From Styela clava (taxonomy: Eukaryota): a DNA stretch of 64,000 nt. Location: contig NC_135252.1 of the NCBI RefSeq assembly GCF_964204865.1, positions 18,042,001 through 18,106,000 on the forward strand, written 5' to 3'. Under the pieces are notes generated by a model. That model saw only the letters and a list, made by a program, of their open reading frames with translations, was not told the origin of the DNA and made no database searches. Shown here piece by piece: positions 1 through 20,500 of the stretch. The position numbers and the translations under genes were made by a program. The stretch's first letter is position 1; each line of letters opens with the position of its first letter.

Positions 1-8550
<8,550 letters not shown>

Positions 8551-9341
8551 CTGAACAATGTATATATGTATATTTAGCTGTATAATTCTTCTACTATTCA
8601 ACATACTCTTGTATCTTATTTCATTATGAGACTTCAGAATCGTGGGGGCCAAAGCCGGCAAATATTTGAAATGAAGAATACCCAATTAAAATTTAACCCT
8701 AAACCAGTATATCAAATAAAGTTTGCAGTCCGCCTATACTATTACCAATTTCTGCGTTGTGCGCCTTTTACCTAGCGTTTACGGCTGCATTATTATAACA
8801 CCCAATCAAACCCACTTTGCGAGTCTGAATCTATACTGTTGTCTTACGTGAAACGAGTGTGTATTATACCGCTGATTTTGACGATCAAACTTGGATCTGG
8901 TGATATTTATCCAAATTTACAAAAACGCCATTCTGTAAATATCCCCTTATTGGCTAGCAGTCAGGTTACGTTAGTAGAAACGTGGATCTATTTTGTAAAG
9001 CATTATTTTCCGATTTGAACTTTTATTTTTAATGCAAACAGCATGGTCATCTAGGAAAAGATGACTGACTGATTTTATTGGTCTTTCGTCAATACAAGTT
9101 CGATACATTCGCGTATTTTTTTGTGTGTTTATTTCTGGCCCAAGAAAAGCTTAACGATGTTTGTGTTTTTTGTGAGTGTGTGCTGGTGAGCGGCATATGA
9201 ATATTGTCCTGATTTGAACTTTTCAAAGGTTTTGCTTGCTCTCCAAAATTCTCCATTTTCAAATTGGGTGTATAATGGAGTTTTTTTAAATAAACTAACT
9301 GTTCTCAATACTGAGAGTTCCCTTCTTTCTGATTGTTTCAT

Positions 9342-9890
9342 GTATCCAATCACTACGTTTTTTCTTCAAAGTATATAGCGTTTACTATATATATATATTA
9401 ACATTCCTCATTACAGTCAATAATGTCTATCTGTTTCTATGTTTGTTTATTTAAGCATTGATTATTAAAAAGTAGATGATTATTGATCTCCAATTTAGTT
9501 CGACTTAGCAGGCTTTGGGTATTTTCTGAAACTAATTTGCCGAACCTCAAAGAAAAATGCCACTGTTCAAAGTTAATCAAACAACGGTTTGAGATATCAT
9601 TGGTGAAAGCATATCCAATCACCACGTTTTTCTTCAACACATAGCTTTTACTAAAGGTACGGTATATATATATTTAGGCATATCCAATCACAACGTTTTT
9701 CTCAATATAATGTCAAATGTGTTTGTATGTTTGTTTGTTTAAGCATTGATTATTGAAAAGTAGAGATATCATCAAGATCTTCAATTTGGTTCGATTGGAT
9801 ACCAGGCTTTTGAGTATTTTCTGAAACTTATTTGCCGATACTTATTGAAATAGCGCCACTGTTCAAACTTAAATCAAGCAACGGTTTAAA
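9342..9890. repeat. Imperfect tandem duplication, unit roughly 250-330 bp
   Basis: The block atatccaatc..cgtttt..tgtttgttt..aagcattgattatt.aaaagtaga..aggcttt..gtattttctgaaact..ccactgttcaaa..caacggttt recurs at ~9342-9610 and ~9679-9890. Confidence 0.6.
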
Positions 9891-10549
9891 GTTAATTAAT
9901 GAATCTAAACCACTGATTTACAATGGCCTTCATAGGTTTTCACTGATAGGGCTTGCAACACACAGCCCATTTGCTCTATATGCATATATTAGTAGCGACT
10001 TCATATTGTTGGTTATTGTGGATGTGAATAATTTTAGCCACTTACTGCTGATAGCGCATGCTATCATACAAAACAACGTCGTGACCTGATTTATTTGCTA
10101 TGTGATTTACGGTGACAGACTTTTTATGCAATCATTTTATGACATGCAATATGGGTTTCGCGTTGTTTTTCGTATTTATAATTTGGTATTTATCACGTGT
10201 ATTTGTATTAAGATTTAAGAGTAGATCTATTCAATTATCTGCTACTTGTAATATTTTAATTTGATTGTTCATCTCTACAATATATTTGCATTTAAAACAT
10301 AAATATTGCGTGTTTGATAACCTCTGATGGTCGGGGTATTCCGCTAAGTTTACTATTGGAACCGAAAAGTCGATTCAAAATGCCCAGTCCTATTCATTGC
10401 AATATTAGAAATGACTTAGCAAAGGCTCTTCAAATATTGGCCTACTTGATTTTTCCGCGGAACTACAGGCTATACTTGTTACTTTAGCATAATTCCAAGC
10501 GAAATACCGAATAGTAGGCTATTTCTTGACTTTCCCTATCCAATTGGAA

Positions 10550-11300
10550 ACTATATATGGGGTTTTTCCGCTTTTCTGATTCTATAATCAGTGCTTTTGT
10601 TGAATTATCGATATATAACTTATTAGAGTTAGCCAGCAATGCAATATATGATAGAAGATATGCAGTTGGTGGTTACTCCAAAACTCAGTGATGGTCTGTC
10701 CTTATACGAATTCACTAAAAATGAAATACGAAACAAACAAACGTCATATTAGTTGAATTAACCGGTCTTGATCTTCTCCATGGAAGTCCACGCAAATTCC
10801 TGCTCCATTCATTATTTGGTGTCCGTGTTATTGATATTGCGTTGGTTCAGTTTCGTCAATTCATGCTAAAGATTTTCTGTATGTGCTGTCTCTGAAAATT
10901 CACGATAGACCTTGATTTTAGGATAGTTTTGGTGATGAAGATAAAAATCCAGCGTGTTAGAACATCCAAACGTTTCTGTTATCCTTGAAATTCTGAAACT
11001 ATATATGAAATCAAATTTATTGAAAAAAAAACGTGGTAATCCAAGCTTATCGCTCACAACATCAGGATTGTGCTGGTGACAACAGCAATATTGGAATATC
11101 TCTTAGAAATACTATTGTTCGATCCGCAGTCGACGAGCTATTCAAATAAAAGTTTAGTTCAAACCATCATTTTATACCTATTATACATAGTGTTTAATTT
11201 ACAAAGCATAAGCAGAGTAATTTTTAGGGTTTGGCTGAGCTGGCGGACTGTTTATTCGTCTACAAAAACAAAATCAGTCAATCATTGGAATATGAGAAAT
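10550..11300 (-). mobile_element. Possible highly decayed Penelope-like retroelement relic
   Basis: Broken minus-strand translations weakly resemble a GIY-YIG start (C.SS.IYCI) and a region downstream of a PLE reverse transcriptase (YSFRISRI...QNYP). Many stops; weak support. Confidence 0.3.
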
Positions 11301-14300
11301 GACTATTCACCAGTGCAAAATATATGTATTTCCTCGACCCAAAATATTTAATGTCAAGAATATATCGGTTTCATTCAAGGTCATCTCTGCATGCTATTTG
11401 TGCGCAAAAATCGTATGAAAAGATTATTTTTTACCAATAGCAGAATTATTGAACTAGTTTTCGTAGTTTGTTGCAAGCGCTATGGAAGAATATGGGGAAA
11501 ATCTGTGCACGAACTTTGTGCTTTTTGCAAAAGTACACCATCTATGTTTGCTGTATTTGTGGCCGCTTTCAACATTTACTACCATATATTTCTACACAAT
11601 TATCACACCTTTAGTTGCAATGGTCTTTGCGCAATACATGACATTTTGTGTCATCATTGTTTTATATCAAATTGTAAAATTTCCTGTTTAACTTCAAATA
11701 CCAGCATATTCCTCACAGTCAAAGAGATCAGCTGCTACAGCTAAAGGGCATTGTGACATCATAAATTGATTATAATCTGCACGGACGTACAACAACTGTA
11801 TTATACGTATTTATGAATTGCGAATGAATCTGAATATATCGTAATGCGCATATTAAGCCTAAATGTTATAGCTTGAATGCACGTATTACCTACTACAATT
11901 GTGATAAGACAATTTTCATACTTCAAACAATAGCTGTTTTATAGTGATTCATGAACTGTACACAGTGTAACGCAAGTAATGATCGTTTGCATTAGACCAG
12001 TCGTCCCTACTTCTTTCAGTCACGGACCCATTTCATACAAATATCAGGCTGCCAATGTACCCAACTACTATTATGGAGTGATATAGTATGGTTCAATATA
12101 TGGGGAATACCAGAAACACATAAAAAGCCCGGTTCCCAACATCAAACCTTTGTTGCCGGGACCTTATAATTGCAGTAATAGATATCAGTGGGTCAGATTA
12201 TTCCGCAGTTACGCACAATTTAATCTATCTATGACTATGAATCTAAACGAAGGCTAAATAAAGAATGAAAAATATTCACTTACGAATCAAAAAGTCCAAA
12301 ACTCATTGACAGACGTTCGCTCCCCAACAACCGCAGAACAAAGAGAGTCAAGTGATGGAGAATTTATAGTTGCCAGATTAAGAATCGGCATAAACAACCA
12401 AGTCAGCTCATTTAAAGTATGTTTGGGCTACTATCTGTCCATCGAATCCAATACAAAGTTTCTGCGTTTATATAATTGCAGAAATATTGCAAGACTGGCA
12501 CGAATATAATATATATGTGTGTTTTCATGAAAAAATCTGTAATACATATTTCGGGATCAATTGTGTACTAATTTGTTGTATGTATACATTTTTACATTTA
12601 CATTCAGTGCCGCGTTTTTTGTTTTCATAGAAATAATTTTAAAAATCAATAATCTTGGAAATATTTGCATTTACTGAGTTTTACTTGATAATTGATAATC
12701 TGTGACATCTTTGTAGGTATCACTGCATGAAGGTCTTTTCATGTCATGTCCCTAACGACGTCTGTCACACAATTAAAGTATTTTATGTTGGGAAATAAAA
12801 CATGATTGATTTTTTGTCACGAAAATGGTATAATTTCTTTCACATTACGTGCCTACATAAACGACAATGTTTAATAGTCTATTCGACTATTTACATATAC
12901 CAATATTCAACATGCATGGGTAGTTTATGATTTCGAAAATTCCGATTTGAAATAATGGAATATCGACAAATCGACATTTGGATGGTTGATAATAGTTCTC
13001 TTTGTGGTAATTTCAATGGAGAAAATTGTGAGCTCGCTTCTCTATTGCACTAGTGGGAAATTATTTTTAATAGAATATATAATATAAGTATATCAACCTA
13101 TCAGAGAGAAGTGATTACACCAAGCTTCACAACATGTTTTTCAACGACTTTATTTGGGCGGTCACGTGTATTTGGCATCAAGTAGTAAATTTTGACAATG
13201 TCGCTTAGAATTGTATTAATATTCTGTAAATCAGCGCACTATTTTTAACATTTCTGAAAATGTATCCAATACCTAGAATTTGCAGAACTTCCTAATATAT
13301 GAAAGATTAGATTCTTTAAAATGTGTGTTTATAGTGTGTGTGTTTATAGTATTCCTATTGCCGTACTATTTTAACGTATTTTGCGGAATATCTTGTTATA
13401 TTTTTCAGAATTGGATAAACACACAATATTTGCCAATGTTCATCTATATTTTGTACAGTTGCACAGTCAAAATGCCATGAAATTTAAATCCTAATGAGAA
13501 GTGAAAATTAAATCATTAGAATACTTAAGAACTGATGAAACAAGAAAGAACACGTCTTCAAAATTATAACATGCATGAAAAGCCTGTATGAAAAGGTTGG
13601 TTATGTAACTTAGATTAAAATACATTTGTAATCGCTACATGCAATTTCCATTTTTCGAATTTTCACATGATCTCACCAATGCTCAACTTTTCAGCATTCG
13701 ATCGGTGAGCATGCGACTGTTACAGACCTAAAATGGCCATATGAAAAATTACCATATAAATCTGATTTACGGGCTTATTTCTCTTGACAGAACATGAAAT
13801 CACTTATTTTATACAAAATTTGTCACAAAACATTTTTCACGAAATGTTGCTGATTTTGATTGAAAGTTGCTAAATTTGAAGTTGGCTTATGATAATCATA
13901 AATCTCTCTACTTTTTTGTCAGATGTTAGTGGGGGTTATAACAGGGGTGTGCAACAGATGGCCCGCGGGCCACAACCCCTTTCCGCTGAACCATTTTTTT
14001 TTTGGCCCTTGTCAACACTAAGTTTTTTTCCCATCAAACATACAATCTTGATCGTACCGTATATGTATAGAAAATGCTCACAACAATAAAAATACCTAAT
14101 GTTTTACCAGTCAGTTAATGGTTGCTACAACTTCTGTCAAAGCTGATGTTAACAACAACTACATAAAAACTCAAAATTTTAATTGTTCAACTAAAATGTT
14201 AAATAAATAAAACTGTGCAGTGTGAGGACTTTTTAATTCGTTTGTAAATAAAATAAAAAACTATTTTTTGAATGATCCAGATGTCTGAAGTTGGTTATAT

Positions 14301-14427
14301 AGTCAACCGACAAAACATGTTGCTAACCCGCAGGGTACAATATAATTGATCAATAACGTAGGACTAAAATAATCATTTACATTTTTCTAAAACAAATAGA
14401 ATTGATATATGCCTTACATTCAATTAT

Positions 14428-14576
14428 TTATAAAATATCTTCATATTGGCAAACTGCTATTTCGTATGGATTCCATTCTGGAGGATCGGTGATGTCCTCG
14501 TAACCATTTGATGCTTCAGCAATCGTTTCATAGGTGTTGATTGACGTATCCAGATGTTGTTGTGTATCTGTAGTAC
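14428..14576 (-). other. Terminal exon of receptor A encoding an ITAM-containing tail
   Basis: GTTDTQQHLDTSINT-YETI-AEASNG-YEDI-TDPPEWNP-YEIA-VCQ-YEDIL*. This matches the ITAM consensus YxxI/L-x(6-8)-YxxI/L. Confidence 0.85.
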
Positions 14577-17500
14577 CTGTTTTAATATTTATTTGCATGA
14601 AGTTATCGGATACTCAAATATAGGAATGTGTTATATCTCAATAATATTTTCCATTATAATGCTTTATCGATAAACAAGAGTCCACAAGCAATTTTGAACA
14701 AATAAAGTAAAAAACTTATCGCAACAACATCAATTTTCAACCACTAAAAATTCCAAAGCCATCGGTCCAGTGGTTAATGATAAAAAGATTTTTTTAATAA
14801 AATTCAAAATGACAAAACGATTCATAGGCACATCCCGTGTATTTAATATATGTCCTATATTGTGGGTGTCTACATGATAATAAAATTAAATGTATCAGAA
14901 TAAAGTGTTGAGAAACAAGTTATGGAATTGAGCAATTTTCCTAACATATGGGTAACAGTTATCGTCATCAAAAGTCCTGTCGTAATGTGAATCAAATTGG
15001 GAGTTGTGATTTGAAACCATGCGATGTTCTTTCAAATAAATTACGCATTTTTTCTTTTATTCATATTAAATTTATAAATACCTGATATATGTACACAGAA
15101 AGGACATCGTGATAAGTAAAGTCGGGATTCTTACCTGCTGATACAGGTTCTATCTTTTCTTTTTTCGAAACGTTCAATGAAATGCTTGAAATAGTTCCAT
15201 GGACTTTGTCTTTCTTTTTAATATTGCGATGTCTCACATAGCACAGACACACAATAGCAGACAAAACAGCAAGTATTCCTCCAGCTACCACTGCCCAGGT
15301 GATATCTATATGAAAAGTAAAATATGGACGTTGAGTAGTCACCTGAAATTTAGAGAATTCAGAGAAATTTTCAATGTTTTTAAAATAAATCGTCCATCTG
15401 TTACAAACTTCTATGTAATTTGTATATTACAATTCCACCTATTATATATCTAAACAAACTTTAACAATAATATCATAACCTTGAGTGGTCAAATCTTAAT
15501 TACGTTTATTACGCTTATGCATACATAGAAATAGTTTTCATTATCAATCTATTTTGTCACAATTTGTGTTGCAATCTAATTAAGCTGAGTGTGTTAGTGT
15601 TAATAAGGAATGTATAAAACATAAAAATCGCAAATTTACTTTGATTGTTATCTGGAACAATCTTTCTGATTGGAAGCTCATTTAAAAACGCTCAGCTCAC
15701 TAAAACGTTGCATTCAAAGAATTATTTGGTTCGTTGTGTACATTGAAAAATGTTTTTTGTGTTTCTAAGGTTTGTGTGTCTCTGTCTAGACCAGTGGTTC
15801 TCAAACTTTTTTAGTCCCAGAGCCGCATTTCAAACCTCAAAGGTATGAAGAGCCGCACACAAACAATGCAAGGTAAAATAGCAACAAACCTTTAAGCGCG
15901 TAAATCAAATACTAAGTCACCGTAACAACAACACACGTAACAACTAGGGCTGGGCAAAATTTTCGAATAATAAAATATCCGAATGGCATTTAACGATTCG
16001 AATATCCGGTACCACGTGACCTGCGCCGCTCTGCTTGGACACCGAACTCGAGCGTCTCCAACTCAATCGTGAATTGTGCGAGATTTCCCAACGGCGCTCG
16101 ATATCAGAAAAAAAGAAAAATTAGAAAAGTCGTCTTTGCGTTATGGTGTTATAGGCTTATTTTTGCACTTAACGTATCCTTTCAATTCATCATTTTGCAA
16201 AAAAAAAAAAACGTACCGACTGTTCCGTAAATTTAAAAACGGTATTTAAAATAAATTTCCCAATTTTAAACTCGGCATGCTTGGTGACATGTCATTAGCC
16301 ATTTCTTGCATTACCAAACATAAAGTTGCTTAAAATTAAATGTTAAAATGACTTTTCGGCGTTTCATTGTGAAAAAGGCGATTTTAGGTCGTTAAAACAC
16401 TCTAGTTATGTAAATAGCATGGATTTAAAAATGACCAAAAGTTTTTCCAAAAGCTGGTATGAGTTACTTGTATGGAAAACACTCATTAAGTTGTAACCAG
16501 ATAAGAAATGTCATGTCCTACTCCCTTTAAAGCACTTTGTATTAGCTCTTTAGTGATCCCTTCCATCCTTGCCAAGTAATGTTTCGAATATGTAAACATT
16601 TTACTCGACCCTGCATGACCCTGCACCCGTTAAGCCAAGAGTAAAACGTAAAATCAATCGTGAATTTGGTTGTAACTATGCACACTGACTCGTTCACGAA
16701 TTGTTGCGTCTATTATCATTGAAAATGATTACAATTGTTAAATTTTGAAGCATTTGGGCAGTAATAATTAAGCCTCAAGGCATGACATAATCAAAATCAT
16801 TAGGTGAAGTACTTTAATTTGCAAATTCCGTAAAGAAAAATTGAGCATTACTCAATACGTATTTTAGCTATAATAACCATCGGGGTGTTGTTTTGTTGAA
16901 GAAAAAAAAACGTTAAAACTTGAAGGAATTAGGTATAGTTAGAGTTTGACCCTCTATTAGGCACAAAGGTCTAGAAATGCCTTTATTGCCAATTTATTTG
17001 ATCGCTATTTTAAAACGACATTCAGGATTCACGCAATCATAAATTTGCTAGGTTTATCTATCTAATACAAAAATAACACGGACACCATAGAAGAGCATGA
17101 GAAACTTAAATATAATTATAATAAATATCTGCATCTCGGTTACCGTTCACTTTAATCATGTACGGTTAATTTACAAGCGGTGATACTTAAGATCGAATCC
17201 AAGGCAGAGGATAACCTTAGATAATAATTAATTTGGTTTTGAAATCAGTCCTTAAATGTATTCAACAGATGTCGCTGATGTGAACGCAAGGGTATATTAG
17301 AAATATGAAATTTCGATATTCGGCGACCGCTTATTCTTGCAAAAACGAGAAAGGGCGGAAATATAGAATATCAACTTTAGGATATCGCCGCCAAAACGAT
17401 CGCGGTGACAAAGACAATTAGCAATTATGATAAAATTAACCATTAAAAAACGCTATATTGCCGACTTTTTAATGTTTCTATTAATTTCCAAATGGAGTAT

Positions 17501-20500
17501 CGACCTCCGACGTTCTGGATCCCTGTTATGTATAAAAAAAGCATTCAAATTATCCGATTCAAAAAAAGATTCAATTTTGCCCACCCTACCCTAACAGCTT
17601 TTTAATTAGGCTTTGATTTCTAATATGTTTGTCAAAGCGGATCGTAATCGTTGAGGATGCAAGCTGCAGTAGCTGCTTGAGACGATCGCCAGATTTTTCG
17701 GGACTATTTTCGATTACTGGAACAAAATTGAAATGCTATAGAAATTAAAATAATCATCGAGTTATTTGATTTATACATGAGATCTGGAAATGCGACAAAA
17801 ACTGAAAATCCACGAAAGCAAGCCAATGATTACAGCCATGTCTAAAATCTTTCCAAGTGAAAAGTGTCCGATTGGCCGCGAAAACGCTCACTGTCGCGTC
17901 ACTATTGCATCTTATAGGTTAGTCAACGCTACGCAAATAAACACGGGGGAATCCATTCGACTAACTAATAGACTTCAGCATTTTAATTTTGAGTCAATGA
18001 TTAGTTTTCAATGAAAAATTTTCTTTGAAAATAATTAATTTTTAAAACATTAACGGGAGCCGCAGGAAAGGTTGTTGAGAGCCGCATCAAACCCTAGTTT
18101 GAGAATCACTGGTCTAGACTCTAGATGTCTGAGGTTAGTCACATGGATCACCGGCAGGAAATCTTATTGTGGTGTATTCATTCTAATAAAAAAATTTAAT
18201 TCCTGCGTAAAAATTTTTCACTTTTGACAAAGAAACCGGGAGATTAATTTTGTTTCATTTTTTAATCACCTGTAAAAGATTTGCCAATCACGAGTGCGTC
18301 ACTAGCACCGAATGAAACACCTTCATTAGTTTGTGCAGAAATCACAAGAAATATTCTGCAATATACAACGTTAGATCAAAAATTACAAAAAATAATGTTT
18401 ATATTTGACGTTTTTTTTAAATATAGTTTTATAGTTTTATAGATTTTGTTATCTGCAGCTGATATGCATATAAATATTCGTTATCTAAGATACCTCAATG
18501 TATTCTTTTCATAATTGAATAGCACTAAAATCTTGCAATACAGAGGCGGTGTTTCAAAATGGCGCGTCTAACTTATTGTTCTCTATATATATAATATATT
18601 TAAAAGGACCAGGGTAAAGTAGGGCAAGTGGGACTCGGCATTTATGTACATCCATACAGAAGCAATGAAGTTTAATATTCGAGAAACGAAAACTTTATTC
18701 TCGTACCTGTATGTTTCAGAGAGTGACAATCTCTTGTTATATGCAGCATAAGTATTTTTCGAATTATTTCCATTACCACTGTTGTTTTTTCCGCTAATGT
18801 CACACCTTGTTTTTACTTGATCTCCAAGAATCAGACTCATTTTCGGACGGTTATGCCCAACTCTTCAAAAGGAAAATATGTATTACACAATGTTTTGGTA
18901 AGGCCGCAGCATGTTGTATATATATATGAATCTGTATACTGAAATTTATTTTAGTGGTTGGGCTTTTAATAAAATTACCAAATTTATTTATTTAACAAAT
19001 TCGATTACATTGTAAATAAAACGAACCCACCAGAAAGATTGTGTTTATAGTTTCGCAAAATATCAAACTTGCATTATGTGTAATTGTTATGTTACACCTA
19101 CATACACATAATTAACACAAATTAGAAGCAGCAAATCAGGAAGAAGGAGCAATATCCCACCAAATTATTTTGCATAATTCTAACATAATATAATATCTTG
19201 TTGAAACCGTTCATACGTGAATCATACCTGGGTCTGTTCAAAGCTATTGCAATATATTCATCTTCAATTTCTGATTTATTCAGTTTACTCATTCGTGCAT
19301 TGTTAAAATCAGGTAAAGTGTTGCTTGTTTTTTTGACTTGTACGATGATAAAGTAACAACTAATAGTGTATAATAACATGGTGATAAAAAAATTAGTAGA
19401 ATTTATAGATAGTTATTGCTGTCTTTACAATGTATTACAATGGAGAAGTACTATTTTTTGCTTATTTTCCCTGCCAAATATTTTGTGTCTGATGGTTGAT
19501 TGGGCTTGTAACTGATATTTCAAATCCTGTATGGCAGCATAATTCAACCAAAGGCAGATTTAGAAGGCATAGCCAGACATTACATTTGACTTATAGTAAG
19601 CGTTAATTTACATCTTTATTCTGGCCAGTAAAACAACTTTTTACTTTGGCGAGAGACATCAAGTATATAATTAAATCACCTTATTGGACCATTTGTTTCA
19701 TCTGGAATGGTAATTGAAAATTCCATTATTCCGTAATTAGTTATTTCATCTCTGGTTGTTGGTACCGGAATGTTGGATGGTGCTGTAAATTACAAACAAC
19801 AGTTAAAAATTTATCTCTCTTTCTATTTTTATTTACCATTACGCATATGCTATATGCAATTGAATAAAGTATTAAACTCGGTTTCTTGAGTGCAGTATTT
19901 TTAATAGCTGTACTCTAAATTTTTATAGAATAAGACCTAATCCGCAATTGCAACAATAGAATAAAAGCGTTAAACAGTCCGTCAAATAGCTCAAAAACAT
20001 GCCAATGACACAATAGTCTGAAAACAAGAGGGATATTCGGTAATAAATATATTCATTGTGATATCAAATGACAAGAGCATAAAACGAATCCGTAGAGTAA
20101 CTAAGGAAAAATCTGAATTACCATAAGTATCGGTAACACATTCCCCCACCGCCTCTGACCCTGGTCCAAACCCTGCACAAGTTTTAGCTTGAATAGAGAC
20201 ATTGTATTTTCTATTGAAAATCTTTGGAAGAACATATGAGGTTTTTTCAGATGGCAGAAATATTCCATTTATTTTGAAACCATCTTTATAGTATGACGAC
20301 GCTTTTGTTGAGTTGATAACAAGCTAAAATGAAATGATTAGTGTTTAGGTATAATTGTTTTTACAATTTACGGAATATTATTCTCTATTTTTGGGCATCG
20401 AACATAGTCTTAAAGATCGAACATAGTCTTAAAGAAAGAGTCCAGTTTCAAAGAGTTTTATTTGCTGAAACAATTAAGCTAAACTAAATCAACTTGAACC

